Shown: positions 9,576-20,299, numbered from the stretch's first letter. The stretch is DNA of 64,000 bases from Bacteroidales bacterium (GCA_016935615.1 JAFGQO010000052.1:30175-94174), one strand, 5' to 3'. Numbers and translations: made by a program. The notes: a model not told the origin generated them from the letters alone.

Positions 9576-10952
9576 TCACATTTTCTTTTTGAATTCTGTA
9601 TAGAAATGATAAAACCATGGGATTGTCTCTATCCCTTTATAAAAATTATTCAGCGGGAAATTCTCATTTGGAGAGTGTATTGCATCAGTTTCAAGACCAA
9701 AACCAAGAAGAACAACCTTCATTCCTAATATTTTTTCAAAATCTGCAACAATCGGAATACTTCCCCCACTGCGAACCGGCAGTGCCTTTTTCCCCAATGT
9801 TTTTTCCATAGCCATAACAGCTGCTTGCACTTCACAGGAATGCCATGGCACAACATATGCATTGCCTCCATGTAAAAAATTAACAGCTATACTTATGCCC
9901 GGTATATTGAGACCAAGAAGATAACTTTTAAAACTATTTTCTATTTCCCCGGGATCCTGATCCGGAACAAGCCTCATTGAAATTTTGGCCGAAGCTTTTG
10001 CCGGAAGAATAGTTTTTGCTCCTTCATTGATATACCCTCCCCAGATTCCACAAACATCAAGTGTTGGTCTGATCCCCAGACGATCAATGACACTGAAATC
10101 TTTTTCACCAAAAAAATCAGATATGCCAATATTGTTTTTCAATGCCTCTTCATCAATCGGGACATTGTTTAAAAGTGTCCGTTCCTCCGTGTCAATTTCC
10201 TTTACCGAATCATAAAATCCCGGAATCGTAATTCTCCCATCCTTATCTATTAATCCTGAAATAATATCGGCCAGAACATTTGCGGGATTATGAATTGTTC
10301 CTCCATACAATCCGGAATGCAGATCTCGTTTCGGTCCTGTAACAGTGATCTCAAAATATGCTATTCCGCGCAAACCAACAGTCAGGGTTGGGTTATTCAA
10401 TGAAAGTATTGTTGTGTCTGACACAAGGATAACATCGGCCGAAAGAAGTCGGACATTTTGTTTACAAAAAGTTATTATCGCCGAAGAGCCAATTTCTTCC
10501 TCCCCTTCAATGAGAAACTTCACATTGCACGGGAGTTTTTGTTCTGCGACAAGGTATTCAAATGCTTTTAACTGCATGAACAATTGGCCTTTATCATCAT
10601 CTGCACCTCTTGCATAAATTTTTTCATCCCTGACTACAGGAACAAAAGGCTCAGATTCCCATTCATCCAGCGGATCAGGAGGCTGTACATCATAATGACC
10701 ATAAACCAGTATTGTCGGTAAAGAAGTATGAACTATTTTTTCTGCATAAATAATAGGCCACCCCTGAGTCAACATGATCTCACTTCTGTCAGCACCTGAT
10801 TTTAACAGATTGTCTCTGATATATTCGCATGCTGCCATCATAACATGTCCATTTTCTTTATCTGCACTTACAGAAGGAATTCGTATCAATCCAAAGAGCT
10901 CATCCAGAAATCGTTCTTTATGTTTTTCTATATAACCCGCAATAGTATCCAT
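9576..10952 (-). CDS. M20-family metallo-dipeptidase
   Basis: 458 aa. M20 motifs are LVYGHYDVQP, ARGADDDKG and LIEGEEEIGS. Confidence 0.8.
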   Translation of the reverse strand: MDTIAGYIEKHKERFLDELFGLIRIPSVSADKENGHVMMAACEYIRDNLLKSGADRSEIMLTQGWPIIYAEKIVHTSLPTILVYGHYDVQPPDPLDEWESEPFVPVVRDEKIYARGADDDKGQLFMQLKAFEYLVAEQKLPCNVKFLIEGEEEIGSSAIITFCKQNVRLLSADVILVSDTTILSLNNPTLTVGLRGIAYFEITVTGPKRDLHSGLYGGTIHNPANVLADIISGLIDKDGRITIPGFYDSVKEIDTEERTLLNNVPIDEEALKNNIGISDFFGEKDFSVIDRLGIRPTLDVCGIWGGYINEGAKTILPAKASAKISMRLVPDQDPGEIENSFKSYLLGLNIPGISIAVNFLHGGNAYVVPWHSCEVQAAVMAMEKTLGKKALPVRSGGSIPIVADFEKILGMKVVLLGFGLETDAIHSPNENFPLNNFYKGIETIPWFYHFYTEFKKKM

Positions 10953-11088
10953 TTCCCATGCATTGTATTCGAATTTTGCAGAATCATTACCAAAAATAGC
11001 CCAATGTTCTGTGTATTCTTTATAATTGCCTGTACTATTTCCATTAGAAGATAAAAATTTCTATTTTTATTTTGCTTAATTTCCACTC

Positions 11089-12633
11089 ATGAATCGTACA
11101 CTCAAGAGTACCATATTAATATTGTTTGTAATCATATTTCTTCCCACAATAATTTTTTCCATCTATGAAATTGGCTCACTTCGAAGCAATGAACAAGTTA
11201 TTGAAACCATTTATAATAACCAGCTGGATGCAATATTATATTCTGTAAATCAATACTCTGAAGATGTCATAAGCAGTTGGGCTAACAGACTGGAGTTGAT
11301 CCTCAGTTCAAAAAAGAACAACAAAACCGAAGCCTTGCTGGATTTTATTTATACCACATCTTCCGCAAGCAAAGTGATGCAATTTAACTCAGACAATCAA
11401 ATCGTTCTGTCGGTTCCCACGCTTATAAGCAATTCTTCTTTCGGCAAATCGATGCAAGAGTTATTGATTGAAAATGATTCCGTATTAAAGAACTTAAATA
11501 CTTATTTGCAGGGCGGCTATAGAAAACTGGAGACTTTCACATTGAATGACACGACTGATCAATTGGTTGTATTTGCATTTCAACAGGACAATACTTTTTT
11601 ATACAATGCCATTGTCTTTAATCCGGTGAGATTTATCAACGAAGTTCTGGACCCTAAAATTCAGGAAATAGCTCAGAATGAATTTGCAATTTCTGCATTT
11701 TTTGAAGAAAGTGATTCAATCATTTATTCCTCTGATAAACAATTCCAAATAAGAGAAGTAAACCAGAAAAAAAGATTCTGGCTTATGCCTCACTATAGTC
11801 TTGGAATTGAACTAAAGAACGAAACGATTAATGATCTGGTCAAGTCAAGGTCTGAGAAAGATTTAATCCTGATCGGTATTGTTGATTTTGGTCTTATACT
11901 CGGATTATGGCTTATATTCAGAAATGTTAAAAAACATTTGGAACTTTCACAATTAAAATCTGATTTTGTATCAAATGTTTCGCATGAAATCAGAACTCCT
12001 CTGGCTCTTATCAGCATGTATATTGAAACCCTTGAACTTGGACGTATTGAATCAAAGGAGAAAGTGAAAGAGTATTATACTATTATTTTTCAGGAAACAC
12101 AACGCTTATCTGGTATTGTAAATAAAATACTGAATTTTTCACAAATAGAAAGCGGAAAAAAAGTATATAAATTTTCATTGGTGAACATCAATGATATTGT
12201 GCTTGATGTTGTGAAAACCTTTAAACATAATCTTGAAGTCCAGGGATTTAAATACAAAACCAATTGTTCAGCAAAATTACCTGAAATTCAGGTGGATGCA
12301 GATGCTGTGACGGATGTCATTATCAACATTATTGACAATGCCATAAAATACAGTATGGATAAAAAATATATTGAAATTAGCACCGCTTTTGATAAATCCT
12401 GGGCTTATATTATCATATCCGATAAAGGAATTGGTATTTCAGAAAAAGAATTAAAACATATTTTTGATAAATTTTATAGGGTAACCGAAAAGAATCTTGC
12501 TCTAAAAGCAAAAGGGTCAGGTCTGGGTCTTACAATTGTAAAACATATTATGGATTCACATGGTGGTAAAATTGAGGTGAAAAGCAAGAAAGGTGAAGGA
12601 ACAATTTTTAAATTATTATTCCCGATTCAATAA
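11089..12633 (+). CDS. Two-component sensor histidine kinase
   Basis: N-terminal TM, extracytoplasmic domain and a second TM. HisKA H-box is FVSNVSHEIRTPL; HATPase_c has N, G1 and G2 boxes (DNAIKYS, DKGIGI, GSGLGL). Confidence 0.85.
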   Translation: MNRTLKSTILILFVIIFLPTIIFSIYEIGSLRSNEQVIETIYNNQLDAILYSVNQYSEDVISSWANRLELILSSKKNNKTEALLDFIYTTSSASKVMQFNSDNQIVLSVPTLISNSSFGKSMQELLIENDSVLKNLNTYLQGGYRKLETFTLNDTTDQLVVFAFQQDNTFLYNAIVFNPVRFINEVLDPKIQEIAQNEFAISAFFEESDSIIYSSDKQFQIREVNQKKRFWLMPHYSLGIELKNETINDLVKSRSEKDLILIGIVDFGLILGLWLIFRNVKKHLELSQLKSDFVSNVSHEIRTPLALISMYIETLELGRIESKEKVKEYYTIIFQETQRLSGIVNKILNFSQIESGKKVYKFSLVNINDIVLDVVKTFKHNLEVQGFKYKTNCSAKLPEIQVDADAVTDVIINIIDNAIKYSMDKKYIEISTAFDKSWAYIIISDKGIGISEKELKHIFDKFYRVTEKNLALKAKGSGLGLTIVKHIMDSHGGKIEVKSKKGEGTIFKLLFPIQ

Positions 12634-12644
12634 ATTCTTACGTC

Positions 12645-13334
12645 ATGATAAAAATTCTGATTGTAGAAGATGAAAAACATATGCTCCAAGGGCTAAAAGA
12701 TAATCTTGAATTTGAAGGATACGAAATAGATATTGCCGGTGAAGGAAAAACGGGTTTGGATAAAATACTCAATAACACATATAATTTAGTTCTGCTGGAT
12801 GTTATGTTACCCGAAATTTCAGGTTTTGATATTTGCAAAACAGTAAGAAAAGAAGGTATAGCAACTCCCATTATTCTACTTACTGCCAAAGGAGAAGAAA
12901 TTGATAAAGTTTTAGGACTTGAACTTGGAGCAGATGATTATATAACCAAACCATTTAGTCTGAGAGAACTTCTTGCGAGAATAAAAGCTATATTACGCAG
13001 AACCGAGAAACCACAAACCATTGCAGATCAGGATCGGATGGTTAAAATCGGGAAGTTATCTGTAAATTTTAAAAATTTTGAATCTTTTGATAACAACAAA
13101 CCGGTAAAAATGTCTCATAAAGAGTTTGAAATACTGCATTATCTTTATGCACATGCAAATTTGACTGTACACCGCGATGATCTTATGAGTGAAGTTTGGG
13201 GAATAAATTATGAAATTACTACCCGTACCGTAGATAATTTTATTTTGAAACTCAGGCAAAAAATTGAATCTGATCCAAATCATCCGAAAATTATTCTGAC
13301 AGTCCATGGTATTGGATATAAGATGCTGATATAA
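12645..13334 (+). CDS. OmpR/PhoB-type response regulator (receiver plus winged-helix)
   Basis: 229 aa. Receiver features are the acidic pocket and LLDVMLPE. The C-terminal trans_reg_C region reads LS.KEFEIL..L and GIGYK. Confidence 0.9.
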   Translation: MIKILIVEDEKHMLQGLKDNLEFEGYEIDIAGEGKTGLDKILNNTYNLVLLDVMLPEISGFDICKTVRKEGIATPIILLTAKGEEIDKVLGLELGADDYITKPFSLRELLARIKAILRRTEKPQTIADQDRMVKIGKLSVNFKNFESFDNNKPVKMSHKEFEILHYLYAHANLTVHRDDLMSEVWGINYEITTRTVDNFILKLRQKIESDPNHPKIILTVHGIGYKMLI

Positions 13335-13342
13335 ATGAACTA

Positions 13343-16300
13343 TCAGGTAGCTGTTGGCAGTATAATTTGAAACATGCTTCCTTTTTCTACTTTACTTTCA
13401 ACAGATATTTTTCCTTTGTTCTTTTCAATATATTCCTTACATAGAATCAAACCAAGACCTGTTCCAAGTTCACCTGAAGTACCTTCTCTTAAAATATGTC
13501 CGTCAATTTCAAACAACTTTGTTTTATCTTCTTCGGAGATACCAATGCCATTGTCCTTAACTTCCAATAAAACCTTATTTTCTTCTTTTCTTAAGCTTAT
13601 GATCACTTCCCCTTTTTCATTGGTGAATTTAACTGCGTTTGTCAATAAATTACGAATTACTGTATTTACCATATTTCTGTCTGCAAATACATTCAACTTT
13701 CCATCACTTTCAAAGCGAATATTAATATTCTTTTTGTTGAACATCTCTTTCAATAATTCAATGTTTTCCTCAATAAGATCATTGATTGTAAATGCTACAG
13801 GAGCAATTTTTACACTATCTGTTTGTGATCTTGCCCAATGAAGTAAATTCTCCAGCAGATTGTATACATTTTCCGATGAATCATGAATTGCTTTAGAGAA
13901 AGAACGTCTTTTGTCTTCACTCAAACGGTCATAATTCTTATCCAGGAGTTCTGCAAATCCAAGAATAGTATTAAAAGGATTCTTTAAATCGTGTGCAATG
14001 ATGGAAAAGAATTTATCTTTTGTTAAATTCAATTCTTTTAGATTTTCATTTACTCTTTCCAACTCTTCTTTCTGAGATACCAGTTCTTCGGTTTGTTCTT
14101 CAATCATCTGTTGCCTTTCTTCCAGAAGCGTATTTGATTCGCTTAATTCTTCCGTTTGTTGCGCGAGTATACTATTTGTTGCCTTTATTTCTTTGGTTCT
14201 GCTCTCTACCAATTCTTCGAGCTTTCGTTGTTGCTTTTTAAGTGAACTGATCCTGAAAAAATAATAGCCGACAATTGCTGAAGTGATTATTAAAACAATC
14301 AAAATTTTAAAAAAGAGTGTTTTCCACCAGGGAGGAAGAATGATCAATCGTAATGAAGTGGCCTGCTCATTCCAAATCCCGTCATTATTAGAGGCCTTAA
14401 CTTTAAAAATATATTTTCCCGGATTTAAATTGGTATATGTTGCTTCTCTTCTGGTTCCTACATTATTCCATTCTTTTTCAGAGCCTTCCAGTATGTATTG
14501 ATACTGGTTCTTTTCCGGACTGAAATAGTTCAGTGCTGCATATTTAAAAGTAATGACTGATTGTTTATGGGTTAATACTATTTTATCTGATACTGTGATC
14601 GATTTTGATAAAGGAGAACCAGGAATATTTACATTGGCAGGTTCAAAAAATAGTAAAAAATCTGTTAAATATACTTCCGGTTTAAACTGATTGTCCTTAA
14701 TACTGTCGGGATAAAAATAATTCAGCCCATCCAGACCTCCGAAAAACATTTCACCAGTATTTGTTTTTAAATATGATCCATGAATAAACTGATTGCCTTG
14801 CAAACCATCAAAAACATCATATTTTTTAACCGTTGAATTTGTAGGATTAAATTTTGATATTCCATTATTTGTACTCAGCCACAGATTCTCATGATCATCT
14901 ATTAAAATGCCATTAATTACTTCATTGAGAAAACCAATTGATGAATAAACCGGGGTAAATACCTGCGTTTCTCTGTGAAAATGATTCAAGCCGTTTGCTG
15001 TTCCTATCCAAACATCTCCCGATTTATCTTCGGCAAATGCATATACCCAGCTATTGCTTAAACTACCAGCCTTATCAGTATGTGAATAATTATTAAATCT
15101 GTCAGTTTTCTGGTCATAAATACTTAATCCGTCATATGTGCCAATCCACAATATACCATAACTATCCTTGAATAGTTTAATACACCAATTATTTACTATG
15201 GAATTATCAGGTCCCTGCCTGTAATGATAAAAAATACCGGTTTGCGGATTGTATCTGTCAACCCCACCGCCATTTGTTGCAATCCATACAGTTGTATCGT
15301 TTGAAATTAAAATATCCCTGACATCATCACTGCTTAAACTATTAGGATTATCGGGATCGTTTTTAAGATTTACTATTCCCCCAGAAACCCGGTCAATTAT
15401 ATTGATGCCAAACAAATATCCTCCTATCCATATATTCCCCCTGCTATCTTCTGTAATGGCCAGTATTGAATTTCCACTGATAGTATTGGCTCCGCCAGGT
15501 ATATATCTATAATGTCTGAAAGTTTTTGCTTTTCGATTATAATAGTCAAGTCCCCCACCATCTGTTCCAATCCATATATTCCCTTCTTTATCTTCATACA
15601 AAGCACTTACTGCATCATAAATCAGCGAATTGCTATTCCCTTTTTCGCTGGTTATAAGCTTAAATCTTAATCCATAATCTATGGGTGAATAATTCACTCC
15701 TCCCTGAATAGTCCCCACCCACAAAATTCCCTGTCTGTCTTTCCATATTGATTGAACTGAATTGTTGTTGAGGCTGTAAATATTTGATTCATTCGACTGA
15801 TAACAAGAAAAACTGTTTGTGGATTCATCATAAAGGCATAATCCACCATCGATAGTACCTATCCAGATCCTCTGATCGTTTTCTACATAAATGTGTCTTA
15901 TATTGTTCGAACTCAGACCTTTTGAACCTTTAAAGGTTCTGACTTCCGAAAGATCTGACTTCACAATATAGATCCCATTGTCAGTGCCTATCCAGATATC
16001 GTCTTTTGAATCTTCGGCAATTGTGTAAGTTCTTTCATTGATATCAACACCTGCTTTTCTAAGCCGGTACGTGAATGCTTCTTTGAGTTTAAGATCATAA
16101 CAATACAATCCATAACCTATGGATCCTATCCAGATCCTCTCATTTTTATCTATCAATAAAGCTCTGATCCCTTCTTGCCCGAGAGCCCCGAAATTGGGAA
16201 TATCTTTTAAGAAACGAACAAAACCACATTTCAAGGTATCATATACAAATACTCCGGTTGTATTGGCAATAATTATATTGCCTTCTTTATCCTCAATAAT

Positions 16301-16762
16301 TGCCCTTGTATAACTCTGATAAGCAGAAGGATTGAATTCGTCAACAAATGGAATATGTTTGAACGAAATAGTTTGCCAGTCAAAAATATCAATGCCCGTG
16401 CTACCGGCTATCCATAAACGACCTTTTGAATCCTCCAGAATTCCAAATACAGAATTGCTTGACAGACTCGATGTATCCTGTGCATTGTATTTGAATATCT
16501 CAAATTCGTAGCCATTGAATAAATTCAATCCATCACTTGTGCCAATCCACAAAAATCCTTTGCTATCCTGATATATACAATGAATCGTGTTATTTGACAA
16601 ACCTTCCTGAGAAGTCAGATGTGAAAAATTCAAATTCAGATCTTTTGAATAACCGGTGTAGGTATTATGTATAAAAAGAAGAATGAATACTGACTTAAAG
16701 GTGTTCAGTACCATAATCTTCAATGCTCCTGACTTCATCCCAAATTCTATTTTAGTAGTCAT
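13343..16762 (-). CDS. Sensor histidine kinase with periplasmic two-component-regulator beta-propeller repeats and Y_Y_Y domain (no receiver or AraC output domain)
   Basis: 1139 aa. It has many G.LWIGT / IWIGT propeller repeats, then a Y_Y_Y-like region, TM, coiled coil, HisKA (FFSIIAHDLKNP) and HATPase_c (GTGLGL). Confidence 0.8.
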   Translation of the reverse strand: MTTKIEFGMKSGALKIMVLNTFKSVFILLFIHNTYTGYSKDLNLNFSHLTSQEGLSNNTIHCIYQDSKGFLWIGTSDGLNLFNGYEFEIFKYNAQDTSSLSSNSVFGILEDSKGRLWIAGSTGIDIFDWQTISFKHIPFVDEFNPSAYQSYTRAIIEDKEGNIIIANTTGVFVYDTLKCGFVRFLKDIPNFGALGQEGIRALLIDKNERIWIGSIGYGLYCYDLKLKEAFTYRLRKAGVDINERTYTIAEDSKDDIWIGTDNGIYIVKSDLSEVRTFKGSKGLSSNNIRHIYVENDQRIWIGTIDGGLCLYDESTNSFSCYQSNESNIYSLNNNSVQSIWKDRQGILWVGTIQGGVNYSPIDYGLRFKLITSEKGNSNSLIYDAVSALYEDKEGNIWIGTDGGGLDYYNRKAKTFRHYRYIPGGANTISGNSILAITEDSRGNIWIGGYLFGINIIDRVSGGIVNLKNDPDNPNSLSSDDVRDILISNDTTVWIATNGGGVDRYNPQTGIFYHYRQGPDNSIVNNWCIKLFKDSYGILWIGTYDGLSIYDQKTDRFNNYSHTDKAGSLSNSWVYAFAEDKSGDVWIGTANGLNHFHRETQVFTPVYSSIGFLNEVINGILIDDHENLWLSTNNGISKFNPTNSTVKKYDVFDGLQGNQFIHGSYLKTNTGEMFFGGLDGLNYFYPDSIKDNQFKPEVYLTDFLLFFEPANVNIPGSPLSKSITVSDKIVLTHKQSVITFKYAALNYFSPEKNQYQYILEGSEKEWNNVGTRREATYTNLNPGKYIFKVKASNNDGIWNEQATSLRLIILPPWWKTLFFKILIVLIITSAIVGYYFFRISSLKKQQRKLEELVESRTKEIKATNSILAQQTEELSESNTLLEERQQMIEEQTEELVSQKEELERVNENLKELNLTKDKFFSIIAHDLKNPFNTILGFAELLDKNYDRLSEDKRRSFSKAIHDSSENVYNLLENLLHWARSQTDSVKIAPVAFTINDLIEENIELLKEMFNKKNINIRFESDGKLNVFADRNMVNTVIRNLLTNAVKFTNEKGEVIISLRKEENKVLLEVKDNGIGISEEDKTKLFEIDGHILREGTSGELGTGLGLILCKEYIEKNKGKISVESKVEKGSMFQIILPTAT

Positions 16763-17042
16763 TATGGCGTACTATTAAATTAGATATTTATAATTATATA
16801 AAATAATTTTTTCGTCGATAATTGAGGAAATTTATGCCTGTAAAACAAACCTGCCTGTCTGCTTATGAAATAAGTAATTGTTAATTAGTTGATTGAAGGA
16901 GTTTTTAGCTTAATAAGGCAATTATTTACATTTTCATGACATTTCATGACATTCTTTTACCTGGCTATGACACAGCACCTTTGTGTACAGCGTACTTTTG
17001 TTTATGCAAAATAATTGTAATGAACTCGAACCAGAAAATAAA

Positions 17043-17444
17043 ATGATCATGAAACTCCGGACCATTCTGTTAATACTGTTATTATGTTCTGCAAATCATT
17101 TTACAATGGCCAATCATGTAAACATACGATCAGGTCTTGATAAATTATTGATTGACCGGAACATATTGTCGACTCAATCAAGTATCTTATACCTGGAAAT
17201 CTATGATCCGGAAATTATGAGTCTTACGCTTCTTGTTAAAATTGACACAATTCCTGATATTGTGAATTTCTTACAATCCGAGTATTTGAATCCGATAATG
17301 AAAAATACCTTTGAACCGCGATCAATTTTGATTGATGATAAGGATCATTTGCCAACATTGTTTTCCGGGAATGAATACACTGTTACTGATAAAAAAATAA
17401 TCTTTGATATGAATTTCTTGTTGATTTATAAAGTGATCGTATAA
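17043..17444 (+). CDS. Hypothetical secreted protein
   Basis: The ATG at 17043 gives MIMKLRTILLILLLCSANHFTMA, a signal peptide. No recognisable domain. The stop overlaps the start of the next gene. Confidence 0.4.
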   Translation: MIMKLRTILLILLLCSANHFTMANHVNIRSGLDKLLIDRNILSTQSSILYLEIYDPEIMSLTLLVKIDTIPDIVNFLQSEYLNPIMKNTFEPRSILIDDKDHLPTLFSGNEYTVTDKKIIFDMNFLLIYKVIV

Positions 17445-18526
17445 TGAAAAAATTAATATCATTCAATAGAATATACTTTTCCCTTCTGTTCTCAATATCT
17501 GTATTGTTACTTCCTAACAATCTGTCAGCAGAAGATTTAAGAAAAGTGGTACAACTTGCCGGATACTGGAAATTTTCAATTGGTGACTTTCCGGAATGGG
17601 CATACCCTGAATACAACGATTCCGGTTGGGAGAACATAAAAGTTCCAGATAAATGGGAAAATCAAGGTTTTAATGAATACAATGGATTTGCATGGTATAG
17701 AAAAGAATTTACAATACATCCCATTGATGAAAATGTTCCGATATATTTTGTTTCCGGAAGGATTGATGATGCAAATGAAATCTATTTTAACGGCCATTTG
17801 TTGGCTAAAAGCGGTGATTTTCCGCCTCATTATCGTACAGCATACAACCAGAAAAGAAAATACCATATTCCCCGGGAAATAATTAAGTTCAATCAGAAAA
17901 ATTTCATTGCAATACGGGTATATGACGAATACCTTGAAGGAGGCATTATTGATCAGCCTGTTGGAATATATATTGATGAAGATTATGAATACCTTGATTT
18001 TGTCCTTTCTGACAAATGGAAATTTCACTTGGGAGATAACAAGCAATGGAAATCAGAAAATTTCAACGATGATACCTGGGAAGAGATAAATGTGCCTTCT
18101 GAGTGGGAAAATGAAGGGTATGAGGATTATGACGGATATGCATGGTACAGAAAAGAATTCAAGCTTCCTCCAGAACTCCGGAACGGAGAAATTTACCTGT
18201 CACTGGGAAAAATTGATGATTATGACTATGTATACCTTAACGGTACATTAATAGGAAGTGTGTTTCATCTTGATAAAGACGGTGAATACAAGAGACGGGG
18301 ATGGGAATACAATGCAAGGAGAATATATAAAATTCCTGAAAATGCAATTCATAAAAACGGTATAAACGTACTCTCTATCAGAGTATATGATGTGAAATGG
18401 CGAGGAGGAATTTATGAGGGTCCCCTTGGTATAATGACAGAACCAAATTACAAGCAATATAGACGAAAACATCATGAAAATCAATCATTCTGGGATTACG
18501 TGATTGACGAATTATTTATTGATTAG
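17444..18526 (+). CDS. Secreted protein with two tandem GH2-N-terminal-like (galactose-binding-like) sugar-binding domains and no catalytic domain
   Basis: The motif W..I.VP..WE.(Q/E)G...Y.G.AWYRK.F occurs twice (WENIKVPDKWENQGFNEYNGFAWYRKEF and WEEINVPSEWENEGYEDYDGYAWYRKEF). Each is followed by a G(R/K)IDD...(I/V)Y(F/L)NG block. A signal peptide is present. Confidence 0.6.
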   Translation: MKKLISFNRIYFSLLFSISVLLLPNNLSAEDLRKVVQLAGYWKFSIGDFPEWAYPEYNDSGWENIKVPDKWENQGFNEYNGFAWYRKEFTIHPIDENVPIYFVSGRIDDANEIYFNGHLLAKSGDFPPHYRTAYNQKRKYHIPREIIKFNQKNFIAIRVYDEYLEGGIIDQPVGIYIDEDYEYLDFVLSDKWKFHLGDNKQWKSENFNDDTWEEINVPSEWENEGYEDYDGYAWYRKEFKLPPELRNGEIYLSLGKIDDYDYVYLNGTLIGSVFHLDKDGEYKRRGWEYNARRIYKIPENAIHKNGINVLSIRVYDVKWRGGIYEGPLGIMTEPNYKQYRRKHHENQSFWDYVIDELFID

Positions 18527-18550
18527 CTTTATTTGGTGGAGGATTATATT

Positions 18551-19591
18551 ATGAAAACAGAGAAAAGAAAGAAGTTAGTATGCACTTTATTAACATTGTT
18601 GTTTGGTTCATTTTTGTTTGCATCACAAAATGATCTGATTAAGATCATAGACTTAAAGGGTCAGTGGAAGTATTCAATTGGTGAACGGAAAGAATGGATT
18701 GTGCCGGGATATGATGATAACAGCTGGACAACTATTCATGTGCCTTCTGCCTGGGAAGATCAGGGATTCTATGGATACAACGGTTTTGGTTTTTACAGAA
18801 AATCATTTGCATTATCCAATGAGCATAAGGGAAAAACTCTTTATTTGAATCTTGGTTATGTTGATGATGTTGATGAAACTTATTTTAACGGCCATAAAAT
18901 AGGCTCAACGGGATCATTCCCACCATCTTATATTACTGCTTATAATGCCAACAGAGTGTATTATATACCTGAAGAGTATTTGAACTTCGGAGGAAAAAAT
19001 ACTATTGCCGTTAAAGTGTATGATTCATACCAGTATGGAGGTATAGTGAAAGGCGAAATTGGCATTTATGTGAATATGTTTGATGTCCAGATGGACATCA
19101 ACCTTCAGGGAATATGGAAATTTAAACCGGGCGATGATTTTAGTTGGAAAGAAGCGGGTTTTAACGATTCCAAATGGGATGAAATATTTGTACCTGCCAA
19201 ATGGGAAGATCAGGGGTATAGAGATTATGACGGTTATTCGTGGTATAGAAAAACCTTTTATTACAAAGGAACCTTTTCAGAAGAGACTATTGTGCTTATA
19301 CTCGGAAAAATAGATGACCTTGATCAGGTTTACATAAATGGTAAGTTGGTTGCCGGTACAGGAGAACTCAATAGTCAAATCAATAAAAAAGTATATACAG
19401 GAGAACAATACAAAGCCTTTAGAGGTTACTTTATACCTACCAATAGTCTAAAGAAAAACGAGAAAAACAGCATTGCCGTTCGTGTCTATGACGGACAAGG
19501 AGCCGGCGGAATTTATGAAGGACCTGTTGGCATTGTAACTCAGAGAAAATACATTGATTTTTGGAATAAAAGAAGGACAATCAATTATTAG
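18551..19591 (+). CDS. Paralog of 17444..18526: secreted protein with two GH2-N-like sugar-binding domains
   Basis: ATG at 18551 (MKTEKRKK...; the track ORF starts upstream at a non-ATG). WTTIHVPSAWEDQGFYGYNGFGFYRKSF and WDEIFVPAKWEDQGYRDYDGYSWYRKTF repeat the architecture of the upstream gene. Confidence 0.6.
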   Translation: MKTEKRKKLVCTLLTLLFGSFLFASQNDLIKIIDLKGQWKYSIGERKEWIVPGYDDNSWTTIHVPSAWEDQGFYGYNGFGFYRKSFALSNEHKGKTLYLNLGYVDDVDETYFNGHKIGSTGSFPPSYITAYNANRVYYIPEEYLNFGGKNTIAVKVYDSYQYGGIVKGEIGIYVNMFDVQMDINLQGIWKFKPGDDFSWKEAGFNDSKWDEIFVPAKWEDQGYRDYDGYSWYRKTFYYKGTFSEETIVLILGKIDDLDQVYINGKLVAGTGELNSQINKKVYTGEQYKAFRGYFIPTNSLKKNEKNSIAVRVYDGQGAGGIYEGPVGIVTQRKYIDFWNKRRTINY

Positions 19592-19639
19592 TCAGATATT
19601 TTTCTCAATTCCATAGGTTAGGGTTATGTTAATAATGAA

Positions 19640-19700
19640 CCAGTGATCCGATGAAAGAAATGAAACAGAAAGAGCAGAATGAATCGGGTCACTGGTTTTT
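19640..19700 (+). terminator. Long hairpin plus T-tract between convergent genes
   Basis: CCAGTGATCCGAT (19640-19652) pairs with ATCGGGTCACTGG (19683-19695), 13 bp with one mismatch, followed by TTTTT (19696-19700). The loop is long (about 30 nt). Confidence 0.45.
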
Positions 19701-19717
19701 GCTTCTATGCAGCAAAC

Positions 19718-20299
19718 TCAGCCGTTCGCTTTGTTCTTAATTTCCTTTGAAATGTTTTCTAAATGAAGATACCATTCCTCCCCGAAACGATTTACCAAGG
19801 CTTCCTTAGCAAAAATATAAACTGGCAACATCACTTCGTCCCCTTTCTCTCTTGCCGGAGCACATATGTCCCATTGATCATAATTAACGGCTGTAAATTG
19901 TTCATATCTTTTGATTCGTATCGGATACAAATGACATGACAATGGTTTTCTGAACTTTATTGCACCTGCAAAATATGCCTTTTCAATGCCGCACCTGGCT
20001 ATACCATTTTCGATAACAACATAAGCACACTCATTTCCGTCAATAAGTGGAGTAACGGTTTCTTTCTCATCATCAGTAACAAATGTTCCCTGTTGTTCAA
20101 TTGAATTCACCCCTTCCTTCGAAAGGTATGGTTTGATTTTATTAATGATCCGCGGAAGCAATTCAAGTTCATCTGCCTGCAAAGGAGCGCCGGCGTCTCC
20201 CTTGATACAGCACGCTCCGTGACATTTCCCCAAATCACAACAGAAATTTTTGTCTATTATATCACGACTGATCAATGTGTTCTTAATTTTTATCATCAA
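19718..20299 (-). CDS. Cys-rich conserved hypothetical protein (DUF3109-like)
   Basis: 193 aa. The N-terminal FCCDLGKCHGACCIKGDAGAPL cysteine cluster is as I recall for the Bacteroidota DUF3109 family. Family assignment is from memory only. Confidence 0.5.
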   Translation of the reverse strand: MMIKIKNTLISRDIIDKNFCCDLGKCHGACCIKGDAGAPLQADELELLPRIINKIKPYLSKEGVNSIEQQGTFVTDDEKETVTPLIDGNECAYVVIENGIARCGIEKAYFAGAIKFRKPLSCHLYPIRIKRYEQFTAVNYDQWDICAPAREKGDEVMLPVYIFAKEALVNRFGEEWYLHLENISKEIKNKANG

